A stretch of DNA of 64,000 bases from an uncultured Acidimicrobiia bacterium (GCA_963792895.1 CAWBYA010000008.1:373495-437494); one strand, 5' to 3'. Positions 36,452-45,469 are shown, counted from the stretch's first letter. Notes: generated from the letters alone by a model not told the origin. Numbers and translations are program-made.

Positions 36452-37470
36452 GGTGCAAACACCCTCTCCCCAACCTCCTCAGGGTTGGGGAACGGCGCCG
36501 CCTCGGCTTCGGCAACCGCCTCTGCTATCTCACCCTGGGCCCTCTCGTCGATCCCCCGCAGCACCTCCGCGGGGGTACCCCGGGTCACCAGGCGGCGCGC
36601 ATACGCCGCTACCGGATCACGCGCCTCCCACTCGGAGAGCATCGCGTCGGGCACGTATTCGGCGCCGTCGTGGATGGCATGCCCCAGCATGCGCATCGTC
36701 TTGGCCTCGATCAGGCTCGGCCCACCGCCCGACCGAGCCCGCACGAGCGCTTCTTGCGTGGCCAGGTGCACGGCCTCGACGTCGTTGCCGTCGACGATGA
36801 TCCCTGGGATCCCATATCCGGCTGCACGGTTGGCGATGTCGGGTACGACCGTCTGCTCGCTGAGCGGCGTCGAATAGGCGTACTGGTTGTTCTCGACCAC
36901 GAGGACGAATGGTGCCTGGTACACGGCGGCCATGTTCACCGTCTCGTGCCAGCCCCCGGTGCTGCTCCCGCCGTCGCCGATGAAGGTGAGTGCGGCTCGG
37001 GGCTCGCCCCGCATCTGGAAAGCCATGGCAGCGCCGAGCGTCACCGGCATCGACATCGGGAGGTGACTCACGAACCCGATGATGCCGAGCGAGAGGTCGC
37101 CAAGACCATGCAGATTGGCGTCACGTCCCCGCGTCACGCCGGTCTCCTTCCCGAGCAGGTTGCCGAAGATGCGAGCAGGGCTCATCCCTCGCACCAGGTA
37201 GCACCCGAGATCACGATGCATCGGTGCGACGACGTCGTCGGGACCGAGGGCGAAGCCTGCGCCGACGGCAACGGCCTCGTGCCCTCGCTCGCTGAAGGCC
37301 CCGCCGAGGCCGCGGCCTTGTTTCCACATCGCGACCATCCGGTCGTCGAACGCCCGAGTCAGGCGCATCCAGTAGTACACCTGCAGCGAGTCGTCGTGCG
37401 AGAGCGGGCTCAGCAGATCAGGGTTCCATTCGGTCATGGGGAGCGAGCCTACCCAGGACCACCACGGCAC
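36448..37470 (-). CDS. 2-oxoacid dehydrogenase E1 component alpha subunit (TPP-dependent)
   Basis: YRMMRLTRAFDDRMVAMWKQGR, GDGGSSTGGWHE TPP motif; start may be internal Met at 37437. Confidence 0.85.
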   Translation of the reverse strand: MPWWSWVGSLPMTEWNPDLLSPLSHDDSLQVYYWMRLTRAFDDRMVAMWKQGRGLGGAFSERGHEAVAVGAGFALGPDDVVAPMHRDLGCYLVRGMSPARIFGNLLGKETGVTRGRDANLHGLGDLSLGIIGFVSHLPMSMPVTLGAAMAFQMRGEPRAALTFIGDGGSSTGGWHETVNMAAVYQAPFVLVVENNQYAYSTPLSEQTVVPDIANRAAGYGIPGIIVDGNDVEAVHLATQEALVRARSGGGPSLIEAKTMRMLGHAIHDGAEYVPDAMLSEWEARDPVAAYARRLVTRGTPAEVLRGIDERAQGEIAEAVAEAEAAPFPNPEEVGERVFAP

Positions 37471-37529
37471 GGCCGAGAGGGAGCGGCGGAATCGACCGTT
37501 CCCGTCACGCGCCGTATGCTCGCGGCCCT

Positions 37530-38045
37530 ATGGAGGGGTGGTTCTTCGTCGTCGCTGCGCTCTTGATCGGCGCCGGCTTCCTGAAGGTTCGGGACCCTGC
37601 GCCCACGCAGGGCGCCCTCGCCGCGGCATCACTGCCGTCGGGGGCATGGCCGGCGCTCACCCTCGGTGTCGGCGAGATCGTCGTCGGCTCGTACGGGCTG
37701 CTCGCCGGCGGACGGCTCGGCGGTGTCGCGGTTGCCGCCATCTACGGAGGATTCGCGGCTTTCGTTCTCGTCGCGCTGCGACGGAAGCTGCCACTGCAAT
37801 CGTGCGGCTGTTTCGGCAAGGACGACACCCCCCCGTCGCCGGTCCATGCCGTGACCAACGTTCTCGCCGCCGTGGGCGCCATCGGGTACGCACTCACGTC
37901 TGCGCCGTCCCTGCCGGAAGTGATCGCCTCCCAGCCGGGATGGGGTTTCCCCTACCTCGTGTTCCTCGCAGTGGGCGTCTACGCGCTCTACCTGATGCTC
38001 GCCGAGCTGCCCCGGCTTCGCCTGATCGTCCGGGGGCCGGCGTGA
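37530..38045 (+). CDS. MauE-like (methylamine-utilisation protein E family) membrane protein
   Basis: 171 aa, four TM helices, conserved CGCFG motif between TM2 and TM3. Confidence 0.65.
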   Translation: MEGWFFVVAALLIGAGFLKVRDPAPTQGALAAASLPSGAWPALTLGVGEIVVGSYGLLAGGRLGGVAVAAIYGGFAAFVLVALRRKLPLQSCGCFGKDDTPPSPVHAVTNVLAAVGAIGYALTSAPSLPEVIASQPGWGFPYLVFLAVGVYALYLMLAELPRLRLIVRGPA

Positions 38046-38866
38046 GCACCCGGCTGGTTGAAGCAACCGCCGGCTTCCTCGGTCGAAGGACCAGCAGGCG
38101 CGGCTTCCTGCGTCGCGCGGCCATCGTCGGCTCGGCGCTCGCTGCCGCCCCCGCAGCGTATGTCCTCCGTCCGACCACCGCGTATTCGGCGATCGTCAAG
38201 ACCTGCAGCGACTGCCCGTCCGGATCGCGATGTTGCGGCGGATACACCGAGTTCTGCTGCGCCATGTCCGGGGTCAACACGTGCCCTCCGGGCAGTGTCA
38301 TCGCAGGCTGGTGGCGGGCCGAGGGCTCCGGCTACTGCGATGGCGGGTCCCGCTACTACATGGACTGCAACACCGCAGACTGCGGGGGCTGCGGCTGTGG
38401 GTATTCGGGCACGTGCTCGGACTCATGCGTCGACTGCAGCTGTGGATGCGCCAACAACGACTGCAACCTGAGGCAGGCGTGTTGTGTCCGGTTCCGGTAC
38501 GGCCAATGCAACCAGCACATCGAGTGCGTCGGCCCGATCATCTGCCGGGTCGTCACCTGCGTGCCGCCGTGGGAGTGGGATTCGTCGTGCTCGAAGGCCG
38601 ACGCCCGCGACGACAACACCCGATTCCACGATGCGGCATGTCTCCGGCCGTCGCTCGTGCGCCAGGCGTACCCCGGCGTCGTGTCGGGCGCCACCTTCGA
38701 GCTGCGCGAGTCACTCAGCACAGGCATCCCTACGGAGAAGTACGACTACGGGCTGCCGGGCGACATCCCAATCATGGCGGACTGGTCCGGCTCGGGCCTG
38801 GAGACGGCCGGACTGGTGCGGGGGCGCGCCATGGGGCCCTGGACGCTGGTGCGCTCACGTGGCTGA
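38042..38866 (+). CDS. Tat-exported cysteine-rich protein with C-terminal FG-GAP repeat (possibly 5-prime part of a longer frameshifted gene)
   Basis: GTG start overlapping mauE-like stop; twin-arginine signal SRRGFLRRAAIVGSALAAAPAAYV; 26 Cys in about 150 residues; C-terminal YDYGLPGDIPIMADWSGSG repeat. Confidence 0.5.
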   Translation: MSTRLVEATAGFLGRRTSRRGFLRRAAIVGSALAAAPAAYVLRPTTAYSAIVKTCSDCPSGSRCCGGYTEFCCAMSGVNTCPPGSVIAGWWRAEGSGYCDGGSRYYMDCNTADCGGCGCGYSGTCSDSCVDCSCGCANNDCNLRQACCVRFRYGQCNQHIECVGPIICRVVTCVPPWEWDSSCSKADARDDNTRFHDAACLRPSLVRQAYPGVVSGATFELRESLSTGIPTEKYDYGLPGDIPIMADWSGSGLETAGLVRGRAMGPWTLVRSRG

Positions 38867-38874
38867 TCCGCCAA

Positions 38875-39363
38875 GTGCCCGGGCCAGGCGACCCCGACCT
38901 CGTCGTGGAGTACGGAACCGCAGGCGACGTGCCCGTCGCCGGTGATTGGAATGGCGACGGCGTCGACACGATCGGGGTCGTCCGGGGCAACCGCTGGCTG
39001 CTGAGCAACCACAACGCCGGGGGCACGGCAGACATCGATATCGTGTTCGGCGAGCCCGGCGACATCCCTGTGGCGGGCGACTGGAACGGCGACGGTGTCG
39101 ATACGCCGGGCGTAGTCCGGGGAACACGGTGGATACTGCTCAACGGCTTCGACCCAGCGGGCCCTCGGGTCGAATTCGACTTTGGGCCTGCCGACGGCGT
39201 CCCCATCGTCGGCGACTGGACCGGGGCAGGGCGCCATCTGCCGGGGCGCTTCGTCGCCGGGTCTTGGCAGCTTCGGCTGTCGCTGTCGGACGGACCGGCG
39301 AACAGCACCTTTTCGTTCGGCGACCCGAACGGGGTGCCGGTGGTGTGGGGCCGGGTGCCATGA
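38875..39363 (+). CDS. FG-GAP repeat protein (likely continuation of preceding gene across a 1-nt frameshift)
   Basis: three tandem units GD-x-PVAGDWNGDGVDT-x-GVVRG-x-RW; no signal peptide of its own; first in-frame GTG at 38875. Confidence 0.45.
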   Translation: MPGPGDPDLVVEYGTAGDVPVAGDWNGDGVDTIGVVRGNRWLLSNHNAGGTADIDIVFGEPGDIPVAGDWNGDGVDTPGVVRGTRWILLNGFDPAGPRVEFDFGPADGVPIVGDWTGAGRHLPGRFVAGSWQLRLSLSDGPANSTFSFGDPNGVPVVWGRVP

Positions 39364-40070
39364 CCGCTCTCGTCGTGTTGGAAGCGGTCGTGATCGTGCT
39401 GCTCGTCGTGCTCGTCGCCGGGCTGCTGCGCAGCCACGCCGAGATTCTCCGCAGACTCCACGAGCTCGGCGCGGGCGAAGCCGAGCCAGACCAGGCTGCG
39501 GCGATGGTGGCCGCACCACGCGGCTCGCAGCCGCTCGCCGCCACCGAACTGGCCGGGGTCACGCCCGGCGGGGGCGCCGCTTCAGTTGCGCTTGCCGGGT
39601 CGCGCGGTCTGGTGCTCGTGACGTTCCTCACGTCCGGCTGCTCCTCGTGCCGTCTGTTGTGGCGCGGGCTCGCCAACCCGATTGCGATGCCGCGCAAAGA
39701 CATCCGCACCGTGGTCGTCACGAAAGGCCCAGAAGAGGAGAGCCCGGCCACGATCCGCAACCTCGCCCCTTCGGATGCGATCGTCATCATGTCCAGTCCT
39801 GCGTGGGATGCGTTCCGGGTGCCGGTCGCGCCCTATTTCGCCCTCGTCGACGCCGGGCGCGGCCATGTCATCGGCGAGGGTGCTGCGGGATCGTGGCCCC
39901 AAATCGCGGAACTCGCCGGACGAGCACTGGGTGACGCCACCGGCGATTCCCGTCTCCACGCCGGGACGGCACAACGTCTCGAGGACACCGACGAAGAGCT
40001 GCGCCGGGCCGGTGTCGAGCCCGGCGACCCGAGCTTGTGGGCGCCGCCATCGAACGGTGGTGGACGGTGA
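39360..40070 (+). CDS. TlpA/MauD-like membrane-anchored thioredoxin-fold protein
   Basis: N-terminal TM helix, redox motif LTSGCSSC, thioredoxin-fold spacing; ATG overlaps upstream stop (ATGA). Confidence 0.6.
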   Translation: MTALVVLEAVVIVLLVVLVAGLLRSHAEILRRLHELGAGEAEPDQAAAMVAAPRGSQPLAATELAGVTPGGGAASVALAGSRGLVLVTFLTSGCSSCRLLWRGLANPIAMPRKDIRTVVVTKGPEEESPATIRNLAPSDAIVIMSSPAWDAFRVPVAPYFALVDAGRGHVIGEGAAGSWPQIAELAGRALGDATGDSRLHAGTAQRLEDTDEELRRAGVEPGDPSLWAPPSNGGGR

Positions 40071-40144
40071 CGATCACATCGCTGGGAGTGCTCGTCGCGG
40101 TGTTCGCAGCACTCCGATCGCATTGGTCGCCGTGAGGGGAGTCG

Positions 40145-40729
40145 ATGCTCTCGAGCATCCACCCGCTCGGCGAGCGGGCACGTCACAACCGATGGGTGCT
40201 CACGGTGACTGCCTTCTCGGTGGGCGCTATCGGAGCGGCCGGCGCCGTCGGGGCCGTCCTCGGCATCGCGGGTTCGTACGTGCTCGGCGGACCGACGGGT
40301 AGAACGGTCGCCATCATCGGGGTGGCGGCTCTTGCGGCGGCGGGCCTCGACCTCCTCGGCGCCCGGCCGCCCGGACCCCACCGCCAGGTCAACGAACGCT
40401 GGATCGGCGCGTATCGAGGATGGGTGTACGGCGCAGGATTCGGCGCCCAACTCGGTGCGGGGGTTGCCACGTACATCGTGACATGGGGTGTGTGGGTCGT
40501 CCTCGCTGCCGAGGTGGCCAGTGGATCTGGTGCTGCAGGGGCTGTGGTCGGGCTTGCGTTCGGTGTTGGCCGGTCGCTCCCCGTCGTCGCGGGCCGGTGG
40601 ATCAACACGCCGAGTCGACTGGGCTCCTCGTCGGCTGTCATGCGCCGGCTCGCAGGTCCTGCGTTCCGCCTGATGGCCGCCGCCACTGCCGTTGCAGGCA
40701 TCGCCGGGATCTTCGCGGGAGTGGTGTGA
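40145..40729 (+). CDS. polytopic membrane protein, unknown function
   Basis: 194 aa, Gly/Ala-rich, 4-5 predicted TM helices, no Cys. Confidence 0.45.
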   Translation: MLSSIHPLGERARHNRWVLTVTAFSVGAIGAAGAVGAVLGIAGSYVLGGPTGRTVAIIGVAALAAAGLDLLGARPPGPHRQVNERWIGAYRGWVYGAGFGAQLGAGVATYIVTWGVWVVLAAEVASGSGAAGAVVGLAFGVGRSLPVVAGRWINTPSRLGSSSAVMRRLAGPAFRLMAAATAVAGIAGIFAGVV

Positions 40730-40733
40730 CGTG

Positions 40734-41231
40734 GTGCGCCTGAACAGCGGCGGTGTCGGGTTCGAGTTGCCGTCAGGGTGGGAGGGTCAGATCGACCCGG
40801 GCTCAGGCACATGGCGAGAGTCCCCTCGCATCGGGACGACGGAACCACTCCCCGAGACGCATCCGGACGGAGCGGTGCGACGCGTTGTCGCCCACGTCGC
40901 CAACTTCCCGTTGCCCCCTGGGCGAGGAGACTTCGGCAACGGGGCAGTCCAGACGATGCGAGCGGGCGACGTCTTCGTCACATTGTTCGAATACGACCCG
41001 GAATCGGCGCGGACGCCGCTCTTCCGCCACGAGGGACTCCCCGAGGTCGGCGCCGGCGACTTCGAACCCGCCGCTCTCCAAAAGCCGGTGCCGGGCGGCT
41101 CCGCGATGCAGCGCTTCTTCCGCACCGCCGGGCGTGCGTTCTGCCTCTATGTCGTCGTCGGCAGCCACATCGACCGCGCCGACGTCGTGCCGACGATTCG
41201 CGAACTGTTGGCCGGCGTGGAGATCACGTGA
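40734..41231 (+). CDS. hypothetical protein
   Basis: GTG start immediately after upstream stop; 166 aa; strong third-position GC bias. Confidence 0.4.
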   Translation: MRLNSGGVGFELPSGWEGQIDPGSGTWRESPRIGTTEPLPETHPDGAVRRVVAHVANFPLPPGRGDFGNGAVQTMRAGDVFVTLFEYDPESARTPLFRHEGLPEVGAGDFEPAALQKPVPGGSAMQRFFRTAGRAFCLYVVVGSHIDRADVVPTIRELLAGVEIT

Positions 41232-42229
41232 AGCGGTGGGTCGCGCTTGTCGTGGTCGGAGCCCTCGCCACCGCCGTCGCGGCAGGCCCCCTCGTTGCGG
41301 AGCCCGCTGAAGCGGTCGTGGTGGACTCGCGGTTCACGGACGACGACTGGAACATCCACGAGCCCAACATCAACGCCATCGCCGCGGCGAGCATCACCTT
41401 CGGCTGCAATCCACCGACCAACGACCACTACTGCCCCGATCGCCCGGTCACCAGGGGCCAGATGGCGGCTTTTCTCACCCGTGCATTCGGCTACACCGAG
41501 CGGCTCGCCGACCCCTTCACCGATGACGACGGATCGATCTTCGAAGCCGACATCGAACGTCTGGCCGCAGCAGGCGTGACGCTCGGCTGCAATCCGCCTG
41601 CCAACACGAGGTACTGCCCGGACGATCCAGTCTCGCGGGCGCAGATGGCGAGCTTCCTCGCTCGTGCCCTCGACCTCCAACCGTTGGCGGCCGGGCCGTT
41701 CCAGGACATCTCGGGCAACATCCACAGCTTCACCATCAACGCAATCGCCGCCGCCCGCATCACCTATGGATGCAATCCTCCGGCCAACGACCTCTACTGC
41801 CCGAACGACCTCGTGACCCGCGCCCAGATGGCGAGTTTCCTGGCGCGGGCGCTCGACCTGTCGCCGATCCCGAGCCGCCTCTCGCTCCGCCCGGGATCGG
41901 CATGCGACCGGGTGCGCACCTCGTGCACTGCGACGCTCGCCATCCCCGCCGGCCGCACATTCGAGCTCCGCGAGGGCTGGTACAACGTGCTCCCGTTTGC
42001 CCCGGGCGAGGAAGCCGCCTTCAGGGGGCCGGATACCACCTTCACTGCGACGCTCGACGGGACGCCGCTGTCAATGGCGACACTCGACACCGCATCCACC
42101 ACCATGGCAACGCGTGAGTGGCACGCTGTGATCGCAAGCGTCGGTGCAGGGACCCACGTGCTACGCGGCGTCTGGCAGTGGGACGGCACCACCAACCTCA
42201 CCGTCGTGGTGACCATCGTCGCCGGGTAG
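41228..42229 (+). CDS. secreted protein with three SLH-like (S-layer homology) domains
   Basis: signal peptide; three approximately 60-aa repeats F-x-D-x4-H/F-x3-I-x2-A/L-A-x3-T-x-GCNPP-x-N-x2-YCP-x-D-x-V(T/S)R-x-QMA-x-FL-x-RA; GTG overlaps upstream stop. Confidence 0.6.
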   Translation: MKRWVALVVVGALATAVAAGPLVAEPAEAVVVDSRFTDDDWNIHEPNINAIAAASITFGCNPPTNDHYCPDRPVTRGQMAAFLTRAFGYTERLADPFTDDDGSIFEADIERLAAAGVTLGCNPPANTRYCPDDPVSRAQMASFLARALDLQPLAAGPFQDISGNIHSFTINAIAAARITYGCNPPANDLYCPNDLVTRAQMASFLARALDLSPIPSRLSLRPGSACDRVRTSCTATLAIPAGRTFELREGWYNVLPFAPGEEAAFRGPDTTFTATLDGTPLSMATLDTASTTMATREWHAVIASVGAGTHVLRGVWQWDGTTNLTVVVTIVAG

Positions 42230-42366
42230 CGGGACCACCCGAGAACACTGCCGTGGCGCAGGCGACGAGTCATTGTGCCCGATGCGCTCGATCTGACCGC
42301 CTGGACCGCCGCGAAAGAGCCGGTTGCGGCCTGGCGCGATCGTGCACAGCGGGCCACGATTACGTC

Positions 42367-43338
42367 ATGGAAGCCCTTCACCCCGCAGGGAACGGATCCT
42401 CGACCGGGGACGAGGGCTCCGCCACGATGATCGACTGGCTGATGGAAGGGGATCCGGCCATCCGCTGGCAGACGATGCGTGACCTCGCCGACGCCGCACC
42501 GGCCGAGGTCGCTGCCGAGCGGGCACGGGTTGCGACGGACGGCTGGGGTGCGAGGCTTCTCGAGCTTCAGGACGACGAGGGAACCTGGGCCGGTGCGCTC
42601 TACAGCCCAAAGTGGACATCCACGACGTACACGCTGCTTCTCCTGCACCGGCTCGGCCTACCTCGCGGCCACCCCCAGGCCCTGGCAGGCTGCAGGGTGC
42701 TCTGGGATCGGGCCAAGTGGTTCGACGGCGGCCTCACGCTCGCCAAGACGATCAGGGAGCCGGAGACCTGCATCACCGGAATGCTGCTGCAGCTGGCGGC
42801 TACGTTCGGCCACGACGACACTCGTCTCGACGAGGCCGCTGCATGGCTCATCGGCCAGCAGCTTGCCGACGGAGGCTGGAACTGCGAGTCGATTCGCAGC
42901 GGCTCGCGCCACGGGTCGTTTCACACGTCGATCACGGTGCTCGAAGCACTGGACGCCTATCGGGGGGCCGACGGCGGGATTGCGGTTGCCAGGGCGATGG
43001 AGCGAGGCCGCCAGTTCTTCCTCGACCACCGGCTCTACTGCTCGCATCGAACGGGCGAGGTCGTCGACACGACCTTCACCCGCTTCCCGTTCCCACCGCA
43101 GTGGCACTTCGACGTCGTCCGCGGACTCGAGCACTTCCTGACGCAAGGCGTCGCACCCGACGAGCGGCTCGCCGGCGCCGTCGATGCCGTGTCACGAGCC
43201 CGTCGCCGCGACGGCAGGTGGCCCGTCTACCGGGCCTACCCGGGACGTCGATGGTTCCTGCTCGAACAGAATGGGCCCGGGCGCTGGTCGACGCTCCGTG
43301 CGCTCCGGGTGCTGCGCTGGTGGGGCGGCGCCGGCTGA
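42367..43338 (+). CDS. prenyltransferase/squalene-cyclase-like alpha/alpha-toroid repeat protein
   Basis: 323 aa; about six 45-50-aa repeats carrying Q/D-x2-DGGW motifs (LQDDEGTW, WFDGG, QQLADGGW, RRDGRW). Confidence 0.5.
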   Translation: MEALHPAGNGSSTGDEGSATMIDWLMEGDPAIRWQTMRDLADAAPAEVAAERARVATDGWGARLLELQDDEGTWAGALYSPKWTSTTYTLLLLHRLGLPRGHPQALAGCRVLWDRAKWFDGGLTLAKTIREPETCITGMLLQLAATFGHDDTRLDEAAAWLIGQQLADGGWNCESIRSGSRHGSFHTSITVLEALDAYRGADGGIAVARAMERGRQFFLDHRLYCSHRTGEVVDTTFTRFPFPPQWHFDVVRGLEHFLTQGVAPDERLAGAVDAVSRARRRDGRWPVYRAYPGRRWFLLEQNGPGRWSTLRALRVLRWWGGAG

Positions 43339-43370
43339 GCCACCGGACGCTGCCCCGCTACGCTCGCCCG

Positions 43371-43820
43371 ATGCGTCGCGTTGTTGCAGCCGGATTCGGG
43401 GTGGGTTGGATCCCTCGCCGGCTGTGGGGCAGCGACAATGGTGCAGGCACGTTTGGGGCGGCCGTAGGAGGCATCATCGGCATCGCCTCCTGGCTTGGCG
43501 CATGGTGGGTGGGCCTCATCATCGCCGTAGCCGCAATTGCCCTCTCGGTATGGGCATCCGGCCCGGAAGGCCGTGGCGGGGCAGATCCGGGTTGGGTGGT
43601 GATCGACGAGGTTGCAGGAGCCTTGGTCGCCGTCATCGGGCTCTCCGGTGTGGCGTGGGCCGTCGCCTGGATCGTGGCCAGGTTGGCCGACATCTTCAAG
43701 GTGCTCCCCGGCGTCGGGCAGGCAGAAGGTCTCCCTCCGCCGTGGGGCATCACTGCAGACGACGTTGTCGCCGGGCTGTACGGCTTGGCCGCCGGCTGGC
43801 TCGTCACCTGGCTCCTGTGA
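43371..43820 (+). CDS. pgpA: phosphatidylglycerophosphatase A
   Basis: 149 aa; DPGWVVIDEVAG signature, hydrophobic C-terminal half. Confidence 0.7.
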   Translation: MRRVVAAGFGVGWIPRRLWGSDNGAGTFGAAVGGIIGIASWLGAWWVGLIIAVAAIALSVWASGPEGRGGADPGWVVIDEVAGALVAVIGLSGVAWAVAWIVARLADIFKVLPGVGQAEGLPPPWGITADDVVAGLYGLAAGWLVTWLL

Positions 43821-43828
43821 GCCCGACG

Positions 43829-45409
43829 TCACTGCAGCCTGATGTAGCGCGCAGCGAGCACGCCCTCGAGCGCACGGAGCCGCTCCACGAGCTCGTCGTC
43901 CATGGACTGGTCGATGCTGATCCCCATCATCGCACCGTGGTCCGGCCCACGGCCGACCGCCATGTCGGCGATGTTGATGCCGGCGTCGCCGAGCAGCGTG
44001 CCGACCCGCCCAATGACACCGGGGGTGTCGGAGTTGCGAACCAACGCCATGTGATCGGCGATGGGGAATTCGATCTCGTAGCCGTCGACCTCGACGAGCA
44101 CTGCGCCGCGGTGGGCCATCACCGACCCGCAGATGGAGCGAGCTTTCCCTGCGACCGTGCCGCCGAGACGAACGACCGATCGGTAGTCGGCAGCCTCGGG
44201 CACGGCTTCCTCGCGCCAGGACATCCCGTGGCGGGCCGCCAGGACGGGGGCGTTGACGAACGAGACCGGGGTTTCGCTTGCGGATGCCAGCGTGCCCTTG
44301 ACGGCACTCAAGGCGATCGCCCGCACCGCATCGGCGATGTCCCGACCCCGTGCCGACACCGTCAGCTCGCTGGGGAGCCCGAAAGAGAATCCCGCGAATA
44401 TCCGCCCGAGCCGCTCGGCGAGGTCGACGTACGGTCTCGCTTCGACAGACACGCGCGGACCGAGATCGAGGTTCACGGCCGAAGGCACGAGCTCACCTGC
44501 GAGCGCCGCTACGACGGCCTCCGCAACCGAAGTGCCGGCCTTGTCCTGCGCCTCTTGGGTCGAGGCTCCGAGGTGCGGAGTCACGACGACGTTTGCGAGG
44601 CCGAAGAGCGGGCTCGTGGTGGTGGGCTCGGTTGCGAACACGTCGACGGCGGCGCCTCCCACCTGCCCGCTGGCGACGGCGGCGGCGAGGGCTTCTTCGT
44701 CGACGAGGCCCCCTCTGGCGACGTTGACGATACGAACACCCGGCTTGGCGCGGGCGAGAGCTGCAGCATCGATGAGACTCTCGGTGTCAGGGGTGCGGGG
44801 GAGATGAATGGTCACGAAATCCGACTCGGCAAGCACGTCGTCGAGTGGTGCCAACCGCACGCCGAGGCGCCCAGCGCGCTCGTCGCTCACGAACGGGTCG
44901 TAGGCGATGAGATGCATGCCGAACGCCGAAGCACGCTGCGCCACCAGAGTCCCGATGCGGCCGAGGCCGAGGATCCCGAGTGTCTTGCCGTGCAACTCGA
45001 CTCCTTGGAACCGCGATCGTTCCCATGCGCCGCCACGAAGGGAGGCGTCGGCCTCAGCCACTCGGCGGGCTTGAGCGAGCAGCAACGCCATCGTGTGCTC
45101 CGCTGCCGAGATCGTATTTGCGTCAGGGGCGTTCACAACCAAGACGCCTGCGGCTGTCGCAGCATCGAGATCGATGTTGTCGACACCGATACCGGCCCGA
45201 CCTACCACCCGCAGGAGCGGAGCGGCGGCGATGAGCTCAGCATCGACCTTTGTCGCCGAACGGACGATGAGGCCGTGTGCGGATGCGAGCCGATCGCCCA
45301 ATTCGGGTCGCGACAGACCGGCAGCGACGACGACATCGACCGAGGCGCGCAACAGGTCGAGTGCAGCCTCGGCGATGGTCTCGGCGATGACAACGGTGGG
45401 TCGGTCCAT
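43829..45409 (-). CDS. serA: D-3-phosphoglycerate dehydrogenase
   Basis: 526 aa; NAD Rossmann GLGRIG, catalytic R/H/E region, C-terminal ASB + ACT domains. Confidence 0.9.
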   Translation of the reverse strand: MDRPTVVIAETIAEAALDLLRASVDVVVAAGLSRPELGDRLASAHGLIVRSATKVDAELIAAAPLLRVVGRAGIGVDNIDLDAATAAGVLVVNAPDANTISAAEHTMALLLAQARRVAEADASLRGGAWERSRFQGVELHGKTLGILGLGRIGTLVAQRASAFGMHLIAYDPFVSDERAGRLGVRLAPLDDVLAESDFVTIHLPRTPDTESLIDAAALARAKPGVRIVNVARGGLVDEEALAAAVASGQVGGAAVDVFATEPTTTSPLFGLANVVVTPHLGASTQEAQDKAGTSVAEAVVAALAGELVPSAVNLDLGPRVSVEARPYVDLAERLGRIFAGFSFGLPSELTVSARGRDIADAVRAIALSAVKGTLASASETPVSFVNAPVLAARHGMSWREEAVPEAADYRSVVRLGGTVAGKARSICGSVMAHRGAVLVEVDGYEIEFPIADHMALVRNSDTPGVIGRVGTLLGDAGINIADMAVGRGPDHGAMMGISIDQSMDDELVERLRALEGVLAARYIRLQ

Positions 45410-45469
45410 GGCTTCCTCCGGCGTGAGGAGTCATGTTGGCACCGGCCGCTACCGAGGCCGAATCGGTGG

